Part shown: positions 57,513-64,000 of the stretch, piece after piece
Position numbering within the stretch: position 1 is the first letter of the stretch
How the letters are laid out: every line of letters begins with the position of its first letter
Assembly: GCF_038025025.1 (NCBI RefSeq)
Contig: NW_027117351.1
Span: 62,001-126,000, forward strand
DNA from: Phyllosticta citribraziliensis
Lineage: Eukaryota
Reading direction: 5' to 3'
Length of the DNA stretch: 64,000 nucleotides
Made by a program: the position numbers and the translations under genes
Notes under the pieces: model-generated
Database searches by the model: none
Seen by the model: the letters and a program-made list of their open reading frames with translations, nothing else
What the model was told of the DNA's origin: nothing

Positions 57513-60390
57513 GCTGTTTTACAAAGCTCGTTTCGTCCGGTCAGAATACCCACGCCTGAGAAGTGGCGTACCAAAGGCAAATCGAGGGTGGTTTCTTGGA
57601 TGGCGGAAGCAAAACGGGGTCAAAAGTTACTGCTGGATTACAATGTGAAAGAAAGAGAGGGGGGCATTGGGCGGCGTTTGTAGGCGCGTCGGACAGGGAC
57701 TACTGCCATCTTACTGAATTCATACCACGAAATGTGTACCTTTTTTCTTCAAACTTTTGGCTCTTGCATCTTGCATTGACTTAATTTGGACCTCACCGCT
57801 GAGCCTGTTGTAACTCAGCAGCCAGCTTCCCTTGAGGATGTCTCTTTAGCAAGTCTCGGTATCGGCAACAGAAACGAGGCAACCGGATATCCGGTCAACA
57901 GTGCTCACTCGCTCGCTTGCAACAAGTGATGAAGACCCCGCGATCAATAGACTGACGATGTATTTTTAAAATCTCTTGCTACCCCTGCTCGCCGAGCATC
58001 AAAAAAGGAGGAAAACAAACACGAAACCAAAAGCAACGGGGAAAAGCAACATCAACAAACGCTCCTGCGTCAAAGACTCATCATCTACCCGCCCACCCGC
58101 AGTAACCGACAAAATACCCGAAATGTATGTACACGACTGATTTAGATGGTGTGCTTTCTTTTCCGAGTACGCGTTTGCGAAATGAAGAAAAAGAAAAAGA
58201 AAGTAAAGGTGAGAGACGCCAACGCTGCGCATCATCGTCTTCATATTACACCTCCGTACTCCAGTTGTTTCTTTCCTTTCTTTGTGTTCCTTCTGTTCAG
58301 ATACGGCGGCAACTGACAGCAGATGCGATGGTTGGTGCAGTGGTGTTTGTATGAGCCTTTTGATTTGATCTCTGAACTACAGTGTTGCTCTACCGGACAT
58401 CTTCCCTTCCTACGACAAGCACTTGTGGTAATCTGATCGAGTCGCCCATGGACCAGACTGCCACACGAGCGACTCGCTGTCAACGTCCGCTCTTGGGCCA
58501 GGGCACGCGGAGACGGATTCTTCGCGACCTCGCTTGTGGAATCTCGCATGGGCTTCATTACGTACAGACATACATGCGTCTGCTCTCACGTTACCCGTGT
58601 AGCAGCTTTGTCCATACTAGGTCCATGGATGTTGGGACAGCAGACGGCATATCCATCCTGCATATGTATGTAAGGAAAAGGGGATGACGGGTTTTGTGGC
58701 TGCAAAATAGCGTCCTAGACGGCTAGCCAGCAGGACTGCCGAAGCAGCTGGGTTTGTGGATAGACGCAACGCCGTTTGGGGAGCCGATGTACGTCTCAGG
58801 GGCAGACTGCGCATCAGAGTGAGATGATGGCATGGCATGGCGTGCCTAGCTGTGTGGCGCATGTAGGCAACATACGGCAGCAGGGGAGAGCGTAGTCAGT
58901 CAGCAAGCAAGCACCCAAGCGACCCAGGCAAATACCCATGTAGGAACCTTACTCAGTCGCCTCGCCTCGCTCGCCTAGATACATACTGATCGCGTAAACG
59001 CTCTCAAACAATGCTCATGCAAGCGCGTAGCCGTTAGCTCTGCCTCGACTCGACTCGACTCGACCGGAGGCGCCTCGAGACGCGCCATTGAGGGCATTGG
59101 CCGGCGGCTCGATGCGCATTTCCTTCACGGCTTACCTTACACTTACACCCGCGCCCCGGATGCACGATGCCGTCCCGCTGCAAGTCGCCCTACACGTCCA
59201 TACGTACATGCATACAGATATGCGGACGACGACGCTATAGTAGCCTGCCTGCCAGCCTCGCTCTGCTAGCAGCAGTCAGTGCGCGGCCGGTGCGCTATTA
59301 CCTGCCTGTCTGCTTGCCGACTTACCTACGCCGAGACGAGACGGGATGGACGGCAGCACAGGCAGGCGAGCAATGGCGTCCGCTCATCCGAGGGTCAAAG
59401 GCAGACAGGCAGGCAACCGGAAACGAAACGACAAGGAAGAAACAGATGCGTCGACTACCCGTCCGTCTCGGACAAACACAGAATATTGCTTTGCGGCGGG
59501 AAGCCGTTGCGTTGCGGCGCGTGCGGCGCGGGCTGACCATCCATGGGTTCGTAGGTGGTTTAAGACGGGACCGTGTTTGCCACTTCAAGCAGGCAGGCAG
59601 GCGGCTGCAGTGAGCAGAAAGTCCGGTAAGGCGGGCACGCAGCCTGCCTACAGGCTAGGTACCTACATAGCCCTGTCCTGGCTTGGTTCGCTTCTCGCTC
59701 TGCTTCTGCTACCGTAGTCACGCCTGCCGACGATGGACGGACGGACACGGCTGACCCGTGGATGGGTCAGGTTGGAGCTGACATGTCGTGTAACGTGGGG
59801 CCATCATGTTTGCGGACATGCGCGCGGGCGGTTTCGAGATTGATGAATCTGTATGCGGCGCGGCGCGGACTGGGCGGCGGCCGCGATTTTTAGAGGTTGG
59901 CTGGCTGGCTCGTGTCGACGAGACTGACGCCCAGGACGGGATGAAATCGTTTTGGGAGGAGTGGGATGACAGGGGGCACTTTGCTCTCAGCAGCGTGTCA
60001 ATGAAGCGCGGTAGCTCTGGAGATTTCACATTACCGACAACGCTTCAAGTTCAACAATGAGAAACGAGGAGAAAAAGAGTTTTCATGCTCTTGCTCTGCG
60101 CGCCGCAGCTACCAAAAGTCTCCTCTCCTGTCATAACCAAACCGAGGTCTTGAGCGCGGTGTGAAAATCAATAAACCTGATGCCGTCCATGATGATGCTG
60201 CTCCTGCAGGGAGGAAAGTGTCTCATGCCAGAAAACGCCACTACAAATGCCGTTGTCGCGCTTGCATCGTCTCGTTCATGCAGAGCGCGAGAAGGAAAGC
60301 ACGAACCAACGCAAAGAATAAAGGCTCAAGGGCGATGAAGAAGAAGAACAATGTTCGGCAAGCCGTGGTATCTCGACTCCGTTTTTGCGA

Positions 60391-63300
60391 CTAGTAAATG
60401 CCCTGCGTGCGGTACTGGAAAGTGTCGTATCTAGAAGTGGGTTAGCAACGACACGTCATCCACCTCGCGTGTACTCACAGTCTGGTGTAGTAGCTCCCCA
60501 CGCTCTTTGCCACCAGCTCCTCAACAAACGTCTCCGCCTCCTCCTTGCTCAGGTGGGTCATGAATCGCGCCCGCAACGCCGTCACGGCTTGCTGCACCCC
60601 TGCCGCAAAGCACGGCATCTGGCTACTTTTTCCCATCATCTCGACCAGCATGACGATGCGGTCCGACTCTTTCCTCAGCGCCTGGAAAGCCTGTTTGCAC
60701 AGCGTCTTGAACAGACTGAAGCCAGGGGAGGTGAGCCCGCCAAGGACATCGACATAGTCCTGCGTCAGCTTAAAGGGCGCCGCTTCGAATCCCATGCTAC
60801 CCGGGGTGTTGGAGAGCATGAAACCAAAGTCGATGTGGACAATATGGCCCTGGTTGTCGACAAGGATGTTTCCATTGTGCCGATCCTTGAGCTGGAGCAC
60901 ATAGCATATCATGCTGTAAGCGGCGAGAGAACGGGCGAATGCGTCCACGGCAGCAATGTGAGCCGCGCTCTCTGGTTCACCAAAAGCCCGCACGAAATGG
61001 TCGCGGAGGGTGGCGATGCGCTTGCGGGGATTGGCGCCGGTAGCAATACTCGCCAGCGTCAAGCTGCGCTTCAGGGAGTGCAGAGATACGCCGTTCGTAA
61101 TGGTCTCAATGAGACCGGAGGATTCGCCCGTCACCAGTATCCGCATGCGTTTTATCCACACCGGCACTTGCGCGTCGTGCCAGATTTTCGAGCACACCTG
61201 AATGAGTTGGCAAGCAAAAGCCTCCTGGCGCAGGTCGGCGCCAGTCTTGACAATGACACTGATGAGATCCCAGTTCTTCATCCACCCATAGGGCGAGGAG
61301 CGCCGTATGCGTTCTCTCTTGGCGGTCCACTCTTCACCAAATGTTGCAGCACTGGGGTCATCTCGGTCGCCCCTGCGTTGGACACCTCCCGTCTTTTGAT
61401 CGTTTTCCATTCGCGCTGCGCCCGCGCTCGTGCTCGCGCTGGGATCCATGGCCGCGTCTTCCACCTCGTCGTAGTGCAGATGGGCTTTTGGTTCGGCCAT
61501 GATGCTGTCAAACGTTGGCGCGTTGTTGACTTCATCCACGTAAAAGCTCTGCTCCTCCAAACTTTGCATGCTCGAAATGATTTTTGCTTTGATGGCGGCG
61601 ACCTCGGCCTTGGGGCGTTTCGAACTGCTATTTTCGAGCTGCGCCAGCATCTGAGCGGCCGTCCGCATGTGTGTTGCCAAAGCGGAAAAGTCTGGCTGAT
61701 CGGGGGCTTGGGTCTTGTTGGAGAATGGCAGCGTCATCTTCCGGGGTACAGGGCTGTTGGTTCTGCTCGTGCCCATATCCGAGCTCCTCGAGGTTGACAT
61801 GGACATGCTTTGTGTACCCTCCGAACGAGCTTGGCTACTTCTTGTGCTACTGTATCCTGCAGCAATCAAGTTTGCACTGTTTACGAGCTCGTCCTCATCG
61901 GGATCTCTGATGAGCAAATCCTTGCTCCCCAAATCGCCATCCGTGGGCTCGAATACGCTGTCAACCCCTGAATCTGGTGGCTTCTCCGGGATGATGGTAG
62001 GTCTCGACGAGTCGGAAATGTCGAATAATCGCCGCTTGGCGGTATCTTTTTCAGAGAGCAGCTTTGCCAGAAGCTTCTGATTGGATTCCGTGTCCGGGTC
62101 AAAATCAAAATCGTCCCGAAGGACTTCCACCATCAAAAGATACGGCACGCGCTCAGCACTGTTCAAACTCGTCGCCTCGGCCGGGTTCAGTCGCACGATC
62201 CGATGATGCTTACTCTGCGCGGCCGATCCACCCTCGAGAGTCGGGGGACAAATCAGGGGGATGTCCACTTCGGCTGGGAGGTCCTGCGCAATGAGAGCCA
62301 GCTCGGCCCGCAGCGCACTCAGGCGCGCAGGTTTCGGCACGACGACCAATCTGTTGGAAATATCCTCCAACGCGCTCAGAAATTGTGTCTCGCTGCGAAA
62401 GTAGTTTGAGCGCAGAATGTGCATTTTTTGGGCTCTAGAAAGACCGCTCGGACTAACATGTCTCGAATCGTGGGAATGTCGGCGAGTGGGTTTCTGGAGC
62501 CAGGGCGCGAGACCCGCCGTGGCTGGAGGCGTCGGTATTGGGGATATGTTCTGGCTTCGAAAGTCTGGGAGGGAAGCAGAACTCAGTCGCGCTTCAGCGT
62601 TGGTCGCTTTGAGGATTTGTGTAGATGGCTTCGGGAGGTTGCGCTTAGCCAAAGGCTTTGGAGGAGGGCCTTCCAATTCGAGCACCGGCAGCTTCGTGCG
62701 CGAGATTGGAGATGTTGGAGACGGCGGGCCTGACGCATTCCGCTCATGTCGAGATCTCCTTTTGGGCGCATCTCCAACCGTATTGCTTCGCGACAATTTT
62801 TGAGGCTGGGTCTGGGATGCGTCTGAAATGGTTTCGACCGTCACTCTGGGCTTCCGTGCCTGCGCTACCGCCAGGGGACCGGCATGCCTGGGTAGAAATG
62901 GTGCCGCAACGCTGGCGAGTATGATGCTTGACAAGACGGTGATGGGCAAGACGTTGTCCTTGATCCTCTCCCTCCTGGGTACTTCGGTTGCGCCAAAGAC
63001 GATGCTCTGCACCTTGTTGTAAAGCCTGCGACAGGTCTTGAAAGATTCGGACTGGGGGGTCGCAGCGAGGTCGTGAAGGTAGGTTTGAAAGAGCCAAAAG
63101 GTCTGGCGGTCAGCAGAGAAGTTGATGAGGGGGGAGAACGTACCAGCAAGGCAGCATTGACGGATTCTTCGCACAAGTCTATGATGAATTCCTCCAGGGC
63201 CATTGACTCGTTCTCGACGCTGATGAGGAGGTGGCATAGCTGGGGTAGGAAGAATTCAATCTCCTCGTAGGAGAACTGGCGCAACTTGGAGCACAGGGCA

Positions 63301-63460
63301 TAGTGAATGCCAACGTGGTCCGCATAGCGACTGATGGAGTTAGCTGGAGGACGAAAGTTTATTGCGGGGGGGCGACGGACGAGAGGTAGGCTACGCTGAG
63401 TGAGGGATCATTGTTGAAGTGATCCGACTCGATGAAGCGCTCCAACAGGCTCCAGCTCAT
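60391..63460 (-). CDS. PIK1: Phosphatidylinositol 4-kinase (type III beta); 4 exons
   Basis: MSWSLLERFIESDHF...|RYADHVGIHY...IEFFLPQLCHL; LPAEVDIP; LNSAERVPYLLMVEV; RIRRSSPYG; VKTGADLRQE; LKDRHNGNIL; HIDFGFML; YYTRL|YDTFQYRTQGIY*. Confidence 0.96.
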
Positions 63461-64000
63461 CGGGAACAGCTCATCAGACGTGCGGCGGCGTAGGGGGAGG
63501 AGTGGTAGCGGGCATGGAAGGGCATGGCATGGCTTGCTTGGCCACCGACGGCCGGCGGAAGGTGCAAGGTATCCATCGGCGCTTCGGCGACTTCACCTCA
63601 ACCTCGTCGACCTCGACGACGACCTACCACGACCCGCCTCGCTCTCTCGTCCCATTTCTCGTGCAAAGAAACCAGAAAAAGCAGTCCTCTCAAAATCTCC
63701 CGCGACAAGATGCCTGCGGCGACGCCTCCGCCGACGCCTCCGCCGAACGCCTCCTGCGACACGACCCTCGCAAAACAACCCAACCTTCTCGTCAGGCACC
63801 GTGCAAGCCCAAATGTGACGGATCGATTGTCGTATACTCTGTCTACGGACCTGGTTGGCGGTTCTGCATCTCATCCAGTCTGCAGCTTGCTTTTGCGGGT
63901 GCCAATTCCACCATCCCCGTCTTGTTTGCTTCTCCCAAAACGCCTCATGTCCGCGGCCCCATTTCGTCCACGGCCCTCGCAAACTCGTCAGTGCTGCTCA

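Noticed and set aside
57926..57998. Box C (GTGATGA) followed by CTGA, a possible C/D snoRNA
   Set aside because: No terminal box D or stem and no rRNA complementarity I can recognise.

Overview
Eukaryotic, intron-containing DNA from a filamentous ascomycete (Pezizomycotina, probably a plant-associated Dothideomycete). This is inferred from the gene families, the short 40-90 nt GT-AG introns with CTRAC-type branch points and the SSR-rich intergenic DNA. I could hand-splice about 27 protein-coding genes. Core genes: BAR-SH3 protein, DUF2439/Mte1-like, VPS34, NSE4, CWC15, RRP45, DUF4336, FHIP/RAI16-like, GH47 mannosidase, MED20, NOC3, NIP7, PIK1; several sit as tight divergent pairs. Two blocks (about 5-17.7 kb and 23-34.4 kb) hold secreted, sensing or defence-type genes: Alt a 1-like protein, carboxylesterase, two PTH11-like receptors, a stilbene-cleaving-type carotenoid oxygenase, an Mx-like dynamin and an aspartic protease. 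I saw no tRNA, rRNA, CRISPR array or intact transposon. The most unusual signal is a recurring set of short tandem duplications on gene landmarks. VPS34 intron 1 is a 32/34 copy of exon 1. The DUF2439 gene has duplications over its start codon, putative splice donor and stop codon. The last ~67 nt of the dynamin CDS are echoed three times in its 3' flank. The PIK1 start codon is duplicated, creating an ATGA-overlapping uORF. Family assignments come from motif recognition only; no database searches were run.
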